DNA from: Eledone cirrhosa
Taxonomy: Eukaryota
Length of the DNA stretch: 64,000 bases
Assembly: GCA_964016885.1 (NCBI GenBank)
Contig: OZ024742.1
Coordinates: 217,248,001 to 217,312,000, forward strand
Direction: 5' to 3'
The position numbers were made by a program, and so were the translations under genes. Positions 27,856 through 40,560 of the stretch are shown here, one piece after another. Within the stretch, counting starts at the first letter, position 1. The number at the start of each line of letters is the position of its first letter. Below the pieces are notes generated by a model that was given only the letters and a program-made list of their open reading frames with translations, had not been told where the DNA came from and ran no database searches.

Positions 27856-27999
27856 CTTTGAGCATGTGGCTATTATCCAAACAATTAGAATCTCCAAAGA
27901 TTGCAACACGACCAGATCCAGGTTTGCCAACTGTTTGATGTAAGCCTAAAACTGGAACATGTTCTATAGTTCGAGAACGGCTTTGAAGAACTTCATAGC
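27856..27999 (-). CDS. MBTPS1: Site-1 protease exon (GYEVLQ...GRVAIFGDSNCLDNSHMLK)
   Basis: 144 bp, AG/GT boundaries, phase 1-1; matches the vertebrate S1P motif GRIVLYGDSNCLDDSH. Confidence 0.92.
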
Positions 28000-28548
28000 C
28001 TTTAAAGAGAACGAAAATTATTTAATGAAAACATTTTCAAAAGAATAAATTGAAAAATATTTTGAAATAAAAATAATAATAATGATGATTTCTTTATTGG
28101 CCACTAATAATAATAATTGGAGAAAATGTGTACTGGGTTGATATTATCGATTAAATCCCATGATTGCAGAGTGTGTGTGTATCATCATTTAATGTCCATT
28201 AGGACAAACAGACACCAAACTGTGAAGATCATATATATATATATAGTTTAGGGATTGTAATGTCAAATCACTGTTAGTTCACCAAAGTGAACAGTTGATG
28301 TATTTCATATATATACATATATATATATCTTGCAAGCAGGGAAAAAGCGGACGTAAAATGAAATGATATATATATATATATATTATTATTACTATTAGCA
28401 CAGATTAAAAGCTCAAGCTGCTCTATGGGTTTGTATATACTTTTATATATATAACCCATGCTAGCATGGAAGATGGACGTTAAACGATGATGATATATAT
28501 ATACAACCCTTATCGAGTACTTTCTGAATTTTGGTCTGGATTTATTAC

Positions 28549-28592
<44 letters not shown>

Positions 28593-28597
<5 letters not shown>

Positions 28598-30318
28598 GAG
28601 AGAATTGATCTAGATGAAATGCAGTTCGGGTTTGTGTCAGGCAAAAGCACCACAGACGCTCTTTTCATAGTACGACAACTACAGAAGTACCTAGCTAAAG
28701 GTAAACCCCTCTACTTAGCTTTTGTCGACCTGGAGAAAGCCTTCGACAGAGTCCCCCGCTCCATTATCTGGTGGGCTCTTAGAAAACTAGGCGTTGACGA
28801 ATGGCTTGTGAGGGCTATACAAGCCATGTATAAAGAAACAGTCAGCAAGGTTAGAATTAACAACAAATATAGTGAAGAGTTTAGCGTAAAAGTTGGCGTC
28901 CATCAGGGCTCTGTTCTCAGCCCCCTACTATTTATTATTGCCCTTCAGGCTATAACAGAGGAGTTCAAGACAGGCTGCCCATGGGAACTCCTATACGCAG
29001 ACGACCTGACACTCATAGCGGAATCAATGGCCGAGCTAGAGAAGAAATTCCAAACATGGAAGCACGGCCTAGAGTCAAAAGGACTTAAAATTAACCTGGC
29101 AAAGAGCAAAGTTCTAGTTTGTAGGAAAGAAAACAAGGCGGCGGTCCCTTCTGGGAAATGGTCGTGCTCGGTATGTAGGAAAGGCGTAGGTAGAAACTCC
29201 ATCTTATGTCCTAAATGCAAAGTATGGGTGCATAAAAGATGTAGTGGGATCACAGGTAAGCTAACTAAGAACATAGACTTTACATGTGGCCGGTGTTCTG
29301 GTGCAATAAGTAGCAGCAAGTGCCCACAAAATACTAGCTCTTTCAATTGCGCAGAGGGTTCTATAGAAATAGTGGACAGCTTCCGTTACCTGGGCGATAA
29401 AATCAGCAGTGGGGGAGGGTGCTCTGAAAGTACTGTAGCTAGAGTCAGAACTGGTTGGAAAAAGTTCAGAGAGCTTATACCACTATTAGCTGCTAAAGGG
29501 TTCTCCCTAAAAATGAAAGGCAGGTTGTACGATGCCTGCATACGAACAGCAATGTTGCATGGTAGGGAGACCTGGGCATTGTGTGCAGAGGATATACGCA
29601 GACTAGAGAGGAACGAAGCTTGCATGCTCCGCTGGATGTGTAACAGTAATATACGTGAACGGCAAAGCATAAACGAACTAAGGAAAAAATTAGAGATAAG
29701 AGGGATCAGATGTTGTTTACTCGAGAGAAGGCTGCGTTGGTATGGACACGTGATGCGCATGAAAGTCGATAGCTGTATTACAAAGTGCAGGGCAATAAAG
29801 ATAGACGGTAGCCACGGAATAGGCAGACCTAGAAAAACATGGGATGAGCTGATAAACTCCGACCTCACACACTTACACCTCTCCAAGACAATGTCACTGG
29901 ACCGTGACCTTTGGCGGTACTCAGTAACAGAGAAGACCCGCCTTGCCAGTAGGCATCTCTAACAAACTACACCCCGTCCCGCCACCACCCCCACCCCATC
30001 CACACCACCCCGTTCTATGTAAAGTTATGTTGGTGCCGCGCCATCCAGGCCGAAACAAATGAGATCGTGTAGGTGTCACGACAAAAAAACACACAGTCCA
30101 CGCTGTAATGTGGCCGTGTAGGCAACACGGTAAAAACCTCCCAGACCCACACTGTAAATGTGGTTGGTGTTAGGAAGGGCATCCAACTGTAGAAAACCTG
30201 CCAGACAGTCCTATGCGAGCAAGACAATCACTCTTGCCTCAAGTGGGACTACCCCCGTCCAAACCCATGCAAGCGTGGAACACGGACGTTAAACGTTGAT
30301 GATGATGATGATGATGAT
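28593..30318 (+). mobile_element. 5'-truncated RTE LINE with an open RT 3' half
   Basis: ORF 28487-29962 (QFGFV..DLEKAFDRV..YADD..YLG..RLRWYGHV), 3' UTR and (GAT)n tail. Very similar to 20770-21290. Confidence 0.92.
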
Positions 30319-30633
30319 ACAACCTTTATTGAGTCTTTTCTGGATTTTGGTCTGGATTTATTATTACTACTATATATATATATACAACCCTTATCGAGTC
30401 CTCCCTGGATTTTGGTCTGGATTTATTATTACTACTATATATATATATATGACAGGCTTTCACATAGTTTCCACCAAAATCCAAATTTCACTCACAAGAC
30501 ACTTGCCTAAGATACCACCATATAGTGGGACTGAACCCAAAACTATGTGCCTGCAAGATGAATTCAACTACACAACCATGCCCTTATATAAATATATATA
30601 ATATTCTTAATTATGGCTATGTGGTGAATCTGG

Positions 30634-30882
30634 ATACTCAAGACTCATCATTTAGCCATAATAAAATCATTAAACTCATTAAATACTCATTCTCGCATCT
30701 GTCAACATCACATGAATATCTATATCTGCTTCTTCTTTGCCCACTTATTCCTGGGAAGGCCGTAGGAATAAGTGGGCAAAGAAGAAGCAGATATAGATAT
30801 TCATGTGATGTTGACAGATGCGAGAATGAGTATTTAATGAGTTTAATGATTTTATTATGGCTAAATGATGAGTCTTGAGTAT
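30634..30882. repeat. Perfect palindrome with 119-bp arms and an 11-nt spacer
   Basis: 30634-30752 is the reverse complement of 30764-30882. Confidence 0.92.
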
Positions 30883-31771
30883 TATAACAGAACCCTAAAC
30901 ATGGCTATACCAAAAAATATAAAATGTTTATCTCTATTTTCATAATACCGAGTGCTCTTCTTTTTGTAGTAACTTTTTTTCTGACACATACGCACATATT
31001 TCTATAAATTATATGTTCCGTAAGATAAAAATTCTTAAGAGTTACGACCCTTTACAAAATAAAAAAAAGAATCGAAGTTGTTTCCCTTGATATTACATGT
31101 TGACGTGGTTCGATTCGAATTGTTAATGGCTGAATCCACAAAGAATTAACTGATCATATCTCATAAGCACTATTGCTATCAAACGTTCAGCCCACTGAGC
31201 TGTACACGAATAGCATACCGAAGTATAAAATCACTGCTGAAAAGCTACAAGAACTCGACTATATGGGGGGGGGGGGGGGGGTAACAATCTCAATGTTGAG
31301 GTCAAAACTTTAGCATATTTGTTTTTGCTAATAGTTTAAGCCAGTGTGATTAAGGCTATGCTGGAACATCATACTTAGACAAGGGGTTAGTAATCCAGTC
31401 ATCAATTAACTTCCCAAATCCCCCCTCGAATCATACACACACCAATGTTTTAAAAATAAGGAGAAGACAAAAAACACTAGAGGATCATGATTGGAAAGCC
31501 TTTTATTATGTTTGCACGATCATATCTGACCTGGGGCTCAACAATTATACGAGATATAGCTTACACTACAATTGAAACAGGGACAGAATTATGCATTTCT
31601 AAATAAATTTACTCTGGTTGGTTATAGGAAGGGCATCCAGCCAAAGAAACCAAGCCAGACACAGTCACTGATATGACTTGTCTCACAATGAGACAACTTG
31701 CATAACTCATGCTAGCATGGAAAATAAACATTATACTGCAGTGGCAGTGATGATTGATATATATATATATA

Positions 31772-32203
31772 TAACGGAGGAAATGTGGTAAGAAACCAGG
31801 TGGACCATAACGCACCAAAGTACTCAATACTTAGGGTAGTAGAGTGGGTAATAGGAACGAGTAGGACCCCGACGGCTGAGCTCAAACCGTTTCGACGGCT
31901 AATTCTGGACTAAATGAAAATTTTTATCCTGGTATTTGAATAGCCGAGCTTCTCAAGGGGTAATTCCATATATGGTAAAAGTGATTGTCACAAGGATTGG
32001 TCAAAAGTTTGTTGTTGAGACATACAACAAACTTTCTCAACAACAAACTTTTGACCAATCCTTGTGACAATCACTTTTACCATATATGGAATTACCCCTT
32101 AGAAGCTCGGCTATTCAAATACCAGGATAAAAATGTTCATTTAGTCCAGAATTAGCCGTCGAAACGACTTGAGCTCAGCCGTCGGGGTCCTACTCGTTCC
32201 TAT
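31772..32203. mobile_element. Fold-back pLTR-like insertion in (TA)n, arms 31851-32020 and 32035-32203
   Basis: Near-perfect inverted repeat; the left arm extends further; (TA)n on both sides. Confidence 0.85.
31866..31961 (-). ncRNA. Type I hammerhead ribozyme, family D, U3-A8 variant core
   Basis: ACCCC-UUGAGAA-G..CGGCUA...UAGCCG.C-GAAA-CGGU-uUGAGCUCA-GCCG-UC^GGGGU. The mirrored plus-strand copy has lost a G in the core. Confidence 0.68.
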
Positions 32204-32227
32204 ATATATATATATATATATATATAT

Positions 32228-32423
32228 TATGAAAAGATCCAGGACAACAATGGCTGAGCTCCGGCCGTTTTGACAGCTAGTTGTTTGGATGATCTAGCTG
32301 TTGAAACAGCCAGAGCTCAGCCGTCGGGGTCCTGGATCTTTTCATATTAACCACTCTGCTACTCCAAGTATCAAGTACTCTGGTGCGTTATGGTCCACCT
32401 GGTATCTTACCACACCCTCTTTG

Positions 32424-32425
<2 letters not shown>
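32228..32425. mobile_element. Second, diverged fold-back copy of the same family (arms 32228-32280 and 32294-32346)
   Basis: Contains GAAAC..GAGCTCAGCCGTCGGGG. Its tail is a diverged reverse complement of 31772-31850; flanked by (TA)n. Confidence 0.75.
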
Positions 32426-32474
<49 letters not shown>

Positions 32475-32875
32475 ACTTGTAACTCCTACCCACTTACAAC
32501 ACCATACCTCCAGCCACCCTGACTTGTATCGGCAGCTGCTAGCTTCTTAAAGTAAACCAGTTAGATAAAATTTATACTCACGCCACCAAAGTTAATTTAT
32601 TACCTTTCAATCATATCTGGTCACTCTGCCCTGAGTTCCTTCCCTTCTACTTCTCTCTCTTCTCATCTTCTTCCTCAAACCCCCTCCTCCCCTATCCACA
32701 ATACATATATTAAGCAGGTTTTGACCAGCAGTAATCCCTCCACTTTCTAAACTCCACTCACAAATAAAACTTTTCTCATTGATCATTTAGATTATGATCT
32801 CCCCTCTCACTTACAAACATGTTATACTTATAGTAATTCAACTTTTATTCAGTTCCTTATTCCTTTCTTTATATA

Positions 32876-33793
32876 CGAGGGTAATCCCAAAAGTAAGGTC
32901 TCCAAAGCGATGGGGACGCAGAGAAACTGTTCGTACAGCTGTTGGCAACACTGTTGTGATTGGTGCTTCCTTCACTCCCAAACAAACATGCGCGCGCTTT
33001 GCTGCGATGCTCAATCTTGGCTTGGCAGCCGTTGAGAATGGAGGTCCATTGAACGCTACTGCCAAGTGCAAAGTTCATGCAGTTATTCGGTTTTTTAACG
33101 CAAAAGGTGTTGAACCGATTGAAATTCAACGGCAATTGACGGAAGTGTATGGACAGTCGTGCATGGATGTCAAAAACGTTTGCAAGTGGTGTAGAGAGTT
33201 TACAGCCGGTAGTACTGAAATTCACGACGAACAAAGGAGCGGGAGACCATCAATTTCCGACGAGACAGTCGCAAAGGTTGAGGAAAACATGCGTAAAGAT
33301 CGGCGGATCAGTCTGGATGCTCTCTGCATTTTGGTTCCTGAGGTTTCCCGAAGCACCATCCACAAGATTTTAACGGAATAGTTGCAATATCGGAAGGTGT
33401 GCGCAAGATGGGTGCCACGAATGCTGACAGAAGACCACAAACGCAAACGAGTTGATTCTTCCCGCGAATTTCACGCACCCACCCTATAGTTCGGACTTGG
33501 CACCCAGTGACTACCACCTGTTCCCCGAAAGAACATTTGGCCGGAAGGGGATTCTGCTCCGACGAAGAGGTGAAAGATGAGGTTCAACGCTTCCTGGAGG
33601 ACATGGCGGCGAGCTGGTATGACATGGGCATACAAAAACTGCCACGGCGTCTACAAAAATGCATCGACCGAAATGGTGATTATGTAGAAAAATAAAGAAT
33701 TGTTCAACCTTTAAAATGATGTAAATATTATAGAAAATAAACGGTTGTTTGTATTTCTAAAAAAAAGAGGAGACCTTACTTTTGGGATTGCCC
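32876..33793 (+). mobile_element. Internally deleted mariner DNA transposon
   Basis: TIRs GGGTAATCCCAAAAGTAAGGTCTCC / GGAGACCTTACTTTTGGGATTGCCC, TA at the left end. HTH region, WVPRML and HPPYSSDLAPSDY motifs; catalytic middle missing. Confidence 0.9.
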
Positions 33794-34521
33794 ACATGGC
33801 TTAGTGGTTAGAGCATTGGCCTTGCAATCGAAAGGTTGTGAGTTCAATTCTCAGACCGGGTGATGTGTTGTTTCCTTAAGCAAGACACTTTATTTCACAT
33901 TGCTCCAGTTTACTCAGCTGTAGAAATGAGGTGATAGGGACTGGGGTCCTTATCATTCCACTGCAAAAAGTGGACGTGCAGGTGCCACGCAAAAAAGCAC
34001 CCAGCACTCACTGTAAATGAGGTTGGTGTTAGGAAGGGCATCCAGCTGTAGAAATCAAGCCAGAATCAGTTCCCGTTCCACCCTTGCAAGCAGGGAAAAT
34101 CGGACATAAAATGAAATGAATGAAATGATATAATGGAGGTACATGGTTTAGTGGTTAGAGCATTGGGCTTGCAATCGAAAGGTTGTGAGTTCAATTCTCA
34201 GACCGGGTGATGTGTTGTTTCCTTGAGCAAGACACTTTATTTCACATTGCTCCAGTTTACTCAGCTGTAGAAATGAGATGATAGGACTGGGGTCCCTATC
34301 ATTCCACTGCAAAGTGGTCGTGGAGGTGCCACTGCAAGAAAAAAAAAGCACCCAGCCCACACTGTAAAGTGGACGTGTAGGCGCCATGGAAAAAAGCACC
34401 CAGCACTCACTGAAATTGAGGTTGGTGTTAGGAAGAGCATTCAGCTGTAGAAATCAAGCCAGAATCAGTTCCCGTCCCACCCTTGCAAGCAAGGAAAAGC
34501 GGACATAAAATGATGATGATG
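33794..34521 (+). mobile_element. Two tandem tRNA-headed SINEs with RTE-derived 3' tails
   Basis: A-box TGGCTTAGTGG, B-box GTTCAATTC; 3' end matches the LINE end at 17035-17090. Another copy lies at 43939-44282. Confidence 0.8.
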
Positions 34522-35089
34522 AGATATATATATATATATATATACCATTTTTTTATTATTATCATTGATTATTATTGCTTATTTTCGATTATTGCCATGC
34601 TTTCCAGCATAGTTACGTCCCTTTACGATCCGAGTTCAAATACCGCCGAGGTTGACTTTGCCTTTCATCCTTACGGGGGTCGATAAAATAAAGTACCAGT
34701 AATGCACTGGGTAATTGCTGGCCTTGTGCCTAAAGTAGAAACAATTATTATTAGCTTACTATTTTCCCCCAACCACTTCTGTTACATTTCGATTCTGAAT
34801 TTCTCTATGTGGTTTGTACCCCAGATCAGATAGCAGTAAGTAATAATTATTGCAAAAATGTGACGACCTTGCCTTGAACTATAGCAATTTTTCTCTTTCT
34901 GATGAAGTGCAATAATTTATTATGTAATGCATACAATTGAGCATGGGATTTTGCAGTCAGTGCATGTAGATGGTTATTTTATAGAAACATGTTAAATGAA
35001 CTCTCAATAAATTTCTCCTTCTGACCAATTCTACCTGCCAAGCTATTCCTGTTTTTCCTGGTACCATATATATATATATATATATATAT

Positions 35090-35660
35090 CTTTAGGTTTG
35101 TTGGTTCACCACTGGATAGAATTGGTCATTCTGTATGGTCAATCTTGGTGTAATATTGTGGAGAGTATTCAACGTAGTGCAGTTCACCCGTCTTCGTTTG
35201 TGTAGTTGGTGGTGAGAATACGGAGTTAATTATAAATAAAATAACAGGAGGCTGGACTGGTGTAAATCCTTGAAAGGTTTATTATACTATGATCATTTCA
35301 ATGACCGTGTTCCATATGAATCCGGTGATATCATCAGGTATTGGAATATAACAAAGGAATATGTAAAAAACCATGGTTCCGAAAAATCAGAGACAGAGAC
35401 AAAGAGGACGACTGACCAACTAGCTGCTTTCACCTCGGCTAGAGGGCGACTGGCCGAAGTGAAAGCAGCTAGTTGGTCAGTCGTCCTCTTTGTCTCTGTC
35501 TCTGATTTTTCGGAACCATGGTTTTTTACACATTCCTTTGTTATATTCCAATACCTGATGATATCACCGGATTCATATGGAACCCGGTCATTGAAATGAT
35601 CATAGTATAATAAACCTTTCAAGGATTTACACCAGTCCAACCTCCTGTTATTTTATTTAT
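35090..35660. mobile_element. Fold-back pLTR-like insertion in (TA)n, arms 35232-35442 and 35450-35660
   Basis: 211-bp near-perfect arms, 7-nt spacer, left arm extended, (TA)n on both sides. Confidence 0.88.
35551..35608 (+). ncRNA. Type I hammerhead ribozyme, family C (mirror copy at 35284-35341 on the minus strand)
   Basis: AUAC-CUGAUGA-UAUCACCGG..CCGGUCAUU-GAAA-UGAUCA-UA^GUAU. Palindromic stem III AUGAUCAU and a short 4-bp stem I. Confidence 0.75.
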
Positions 35661-36369
35661 TTATATATATATATATATATGGCTGACTAAACACACGTGC
35701 TTTCCTATAGTGAAAATAAATTTTTCCATTTCTTCCTCTTATTCTTGTCTATCTTTCTATTTCGTCTTCTATCTCTCATTCTATCTTCTATTGAAGGACT
35801 AATATCCGAAACATTAAGACTCTTTTCCTATTATATCAAATGGTAAACTAATATATATCATTATTGTACTGTATTGTTCACTCGTGTCAATTTTTCTTGT
35901 TGACTTTTTGCATGTATATATTTGCTATATGTATCCCAGTTTTTAGCATAGGCACATCATATCTCTGCATATCCTAAGAAGCAACTAAAAGAGTTGGCAT
36001 CAGGAAGGGCATCCAGCTGTAAATATACTGTCACAAAACATCCAGTCCAAACCATTCCAACATGGAAAAGTAGGTATAACGACAATGAACCCACAAACAG
36101 AAATAGACATTCTCAATTTTAATATTATATAGATTTGATTTATATAATTTTCATTTATATAATTTTCATCTACTAATGTATCTGTTCATTTTTTTGTTTT
36201 GTCTTCCTTTTTATTTTATGTAAAAACCCTACTGTTTTAGCAACACATCTTTGTTATATCCCCATTTGTTGCCCTTGAGAAGAAAAGACCAAAAGAGACA
36301 GGAACCACACGCACACCCCTGCAAAAATCGACCCCTCCCCACGAATGTTGACAAATGCCCAAAACTCTG

Positions 36370-39300
36370 AGTTGGTACCATCAATGTAAGCACAATGAAA
36401 GGAAGAGCAGGAGAAATCGTAGAGATGCTACAGCGAAAGGAAATTGATGTATGCTGTGTGCAAGAGACTAGATGGAGAGGAGAGTCTGCTAGAGTCCTTG
36501 TAGGAAAAAGTCAGTGCTACAAATTTTTCTGGGTGGGAAATGACGATGGGATGGGTGGTGTAGGTATTCTACTAGCTGACAAGTGGGTAGATAAAGTAAT
36601 CTCAGTGAACAGGGTAAATGCAAGAATCATTAAACTCAGACTAGTCCTGAATAAAACAATTACCACAATAATACCAGCTTACGCACCCCAATCGGGGTTG
36701 CCAGACGAACTTAAGGATAGGTTTTACGAGTCCCACACTACTGCTCTAACAAACGACAATGACTTCCTAATCATCGCAGGAGATTTTAACGGACACGTAG
36801 GTCAACACTGTGACGGCTTCAATAGAGTCCATGGAGGCCATGGGGTTGGCACAAGAAATGAAGAAGGATTCAGACTTCTAGAATTCTGCGACGCCAATGA
36901 CATATCGATATGTAACACAAACTTCAGAAAACCACGACAACCACCTGATCAACTATAGATCAGGGGACCATTCTAGTCAGATAGATTTTATCCTCATCAG
37001 AGGACGCGACAGATGGACGGTCGTAAACACTAAAGCCTACCCTAGTGAGGAATGTACCTCCCAACATAGCTTAGTTGTCAGAACTAGACGAACCTGGTAA
37101 AAGGCCAACCTGGAGAAGAAAGATCTGGAAGCTGAAAGACCCCTCAGCCAGTAAGCGATTTAAAGATATTTTACTCAATGCCTACGACAGTAAAGAAGAA
37201 CAGATAAAGACATTCAATGTAGAAGAGCACTAGGAGTTCCTAAAAAATAACTTACTAGAGGCGACGGATGTAAGACCACAAGCAGGAGGAGAGTGACTTG
37301 GTGGTGGAACAATAAGGTAGATGAGGCAGTTAAGGCCAAGAGACAGGCATGGAAAGAATGGAAGAACGGGGGAAGCAGAGTACATTACATAGAGACCAAG
37401 AGGGAAGCTAGGCGACAAGTATACTTAGCTAGGAAGGAAGCAGAGGACAGAAAATTCAAGCATGTTTCGCAACGTGAGGACAAGAAACAGGAGGTGTTCA
37501 AGATTGCGAGGCAGTGTGTCAGAGAGAATTGTGATGTCATTGGAGAGAAGTGTATCCGGAATGATAAAGGTGAGCTCACAAGTGCTGAGAAGAAAGATGC
37601 ATGGAAGAGCCATTATGATAGATTACTAAATGAGGAGAATGCATGGGAAGAAGAGATCCTACCCCAAGTAGACCCTATAGAGGGGCCAGCAGTACAAGTC
37701 AGCGTAGTAAGTAAGGCAATCAAAGATATGAAGATGGGGAAGGCAACCGGTCCATCGGGTATAGCTGCCAAGATGCTGAAGGCATCTGGGTCTGTAGGTC
37801 ACACTATAACCACACGTATTGTTAACCAGGTAATACTAGAAGTTGTCATACCAAAAGATTGGTACAGTAGCATCATTGTCAACTGCTACAAAGGTAAAGG
37901 TGATGCACTAGATAGAGGAAACTATAGAGGTATAAAGCTGATGGACCAGGTCATGAAAGTAACATAAAGACTTATAGCACAGCTGATTAGGGACCGGGTG
38001 AAACTAGATGAGATGCAATTTGGGTTTGTACCAGGAAGATGCACCACTGATGCCCTCTTCCTTGTGAGGCAGTTACAGGAAAAGTACCTAGCTAAAGGTA
38101 AGCCACTCTACCTGGCATTCGTCGATCTCGAGAAAGCCTTTGACAGAGTTCCACGTGCTATAATCTGGTGGGCTCTTAGAAAACTAGGAGTAGAGGAATG
38201 GCTTGTGAAAGCTATACAAGCCATGTATAGGGGAGCAGTCAGCAAAGTTAGGATTAGCAATGAGTATAGTGAGGAATTTAGCGTACAGGTTGGTGTCCAC
38301 CAGGGCTCTGTTCTTAGCCCTCTCCTGTTCATCATAGTCCTGCAGGCAATAACGGAGGAGTTTAAGACCGGATACCCATGGGAACTCCTGTATGTAGATG
38401 ACTTCGCACTTATAACTGAATCTATGGTAGAACTAGAGAAGAAATACCAAACTTGGAAGCAGGGACTAGAAAGAAAGGGTCTCAAAGTCAACCTGACAAA
38501 GACTAAGGTCCTTGTAAATAGACGAGAAAACAGGGCCCAGATACCCTCAAGGAAATGGCCTTGCTCAGTATGTAGGAAAGGTGTAGGTAGGAACTCTATT
38601 CTCTGCCCCAAATGCAAACAATGGGTACACAAGAAATGTAGCGGGATCTCAGGAAGCTTAATTAAGAATGTAGGCTTCACATGTAGCAGCTGTGCTGCGA
38701 CAGCAAGCAGCAAACAGCTACAGGAAACAAGTACCACCAATCTCTGGGAGGGCTCTGTAGAAACAGTAGACAGCTTCTGCTACCTAGATGACCGAATTAG
38801 CAGCGGTGGTGGCTGTTCAGAAAGTACAATAACTAGGGTAAGAACGGGATGGAAGAAGTTCAGGGAACTACTGCCACTGCTAGCTGCAAAAGGCTTCTCC
38901 CTCAAAATGAAAGGCAGACTGTATGATGTGTGTATACAAACAGCAATGTTACATGGTAGTGAGACCTGGGCGCTGAAGGTGGAAGACTTACGTAGATTAG
39001 AAAGAAACGAAGCCTGCATGCTCCGATGGATGTGTAATAGTAATATATGCGAACAGCAAAGCATAAATGAATTGAGAGAGAGACTGAGCATAAGAGGAAT
39101 CAAATGCTGTGTGCAGGAAAGGCAGTTGCGTTGGTATGGACATGTGATGCGTATGAAGGATGACAGCTGCATAAAAAGGTGCAGAGCACTAGAACTCAAT
39201 GGAAACCGCGGAGTGGGGAGACACAAGAAGATCTGGGATGAGGTGATAAAAGCCAACCTTACCCAATTACACATCTCAAAGGCGATGACACACGACCGTG

Positions 39301-39650
39301 ACCTCTGGCGTCACGCAGTAATACAGAGTACCCGACCTCCCATGGGTACAAGCTGAAGCATATAGACAATATGCCCCCACACCCTCCCACTGCGAAGTGG
39401 TCGTGGAGGTGCCACGGCAAAAAAGCACCCAGCCCACACTGTAAAGTGGATGTGTAGGCACCACGAAAAAGCACCCAGCACTCACTGTAAATGAGGTTGG
39501 TGTTAGGAAGGGCATCCATCTCTAGAAATCAAGCCGAAATCAGTTCCTGTATGAGCAAGGCATGGTCAGCCGACCAGACACTGCCCACAACAAGACAACC
39601 CGTCTAACCCATGCTAGCATGGTAAAACGGTGATGATGATGATGATGCTG
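36370..39650 (+). mobile_element. Near full-length degraded RTE LINE
   Basis: APE fragment 36395-36958, linker 37293-37967, RT 37998-39356, 3' UTR and (GAT)n tail. Confidence 0.92.
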
Positions 39651-39821
39651 ATTATTTTTAGGTATATATTTCTGTTCAATGATGCAAGAGTCAATAAGTC
39701 ATATATATCTTCATAACTGGTTTTAGGTCTGGCTTTCCATCTTGGCATGGACAATATAATAATAAAAACATGAAACAATAATACAAAAACAGAAACAAGA
39801 AGGCCGACTGAAATAGCTTAC

Positions 39822-39899
39822 CTTGATCCTTGAGTTTATGTGAAATAACTATTCCATCTTGAGGAAATTTTGTTATACTTGTGCCAGATGCATAATACA
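39822..39899 (-). CDS. MBTPS1: Site-1 protease exon (LYYASGTSITKFPQDGIVISHKLKDQG)
   Basis: 78 bp, AG/GT boundaries; matches S1P MYYASGCSIAKFPEDG. Confidence 0.92.
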
Positions 39900-39938
39900 C
39901 TAAAAATATGGAAATACATTTAAGATATTAAACAACTT

Positions 39939-39990
<52 letters not shown>

Positions 39991-40055
39991 GTTAATAAAT
40001 GAAACAAACAAAATACAGGAAATTTTACACAGTTATATTAGGTTCACGCTAGGTG

Positions 40056-40089
<34 letters not shown>

Positions 40090-40094
<5 letters not shown>

Positions 40095-40560
40095 GTGATG
40101 GTTCTGGGAGTAGTGAGCAATGAGGGTGATGTTATGCCTCCTCACCTTTTTTCCTCAGGGCTTAAGGATCAATACCTGACTATAAAGAGTTGTTGGAGAG
40201 GGTTGTGAGGCCATGGATGGAAAGTGTAGGCAAAGGAAGACCATACACCTACTGACAAGATTCTGCACCATCTCATCAGAGGAAGATAACACAAGAATGA
40301 ATGAGTTACAATCACCACATTCACATCACCCTAAACATATGGCCTCCTAGCTCTCCAGACCTGAATCCATTAGACTACTACATATGGGGCAGGGTCAAAA
40401 ACAAAGTCAATCAATGCCCCCATAACACTACAAAATCTCTGGTTCGCCATAATTAGCACAATGTCCAAAAGAGATAAAAATCATCTGATTTAGGCATATC
40501 AATGTTTCAGACCTCGTACTGGAGCAGACCTCTATGCTAACAGTGGATTCATTGAGTAGA
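40090..40560 (+). mobile_element. Degenerate Tc1/mariner-superfamily transposase remnant
   Basis: QDSAPSH ... WPPSSPDLNPLDYYIWG motifs readable on the plus strand, with stops. Confidence 0.7.

Noticed and set aside
33794-33865. tRNA gene
   Set aside because: It has A/B boxes but continues into a SINE body and LINE tail, so it is a SINE head.
35270-35640. Mirror ORFs of 109 and 115 aa
   Set aside because: By-product of the palindrome.
35785-35822. TTGAAGGACTAATATCCGAAAC, possible decayed hammerhead
   Set aside because: The first core box is incomplete; at best a relic.
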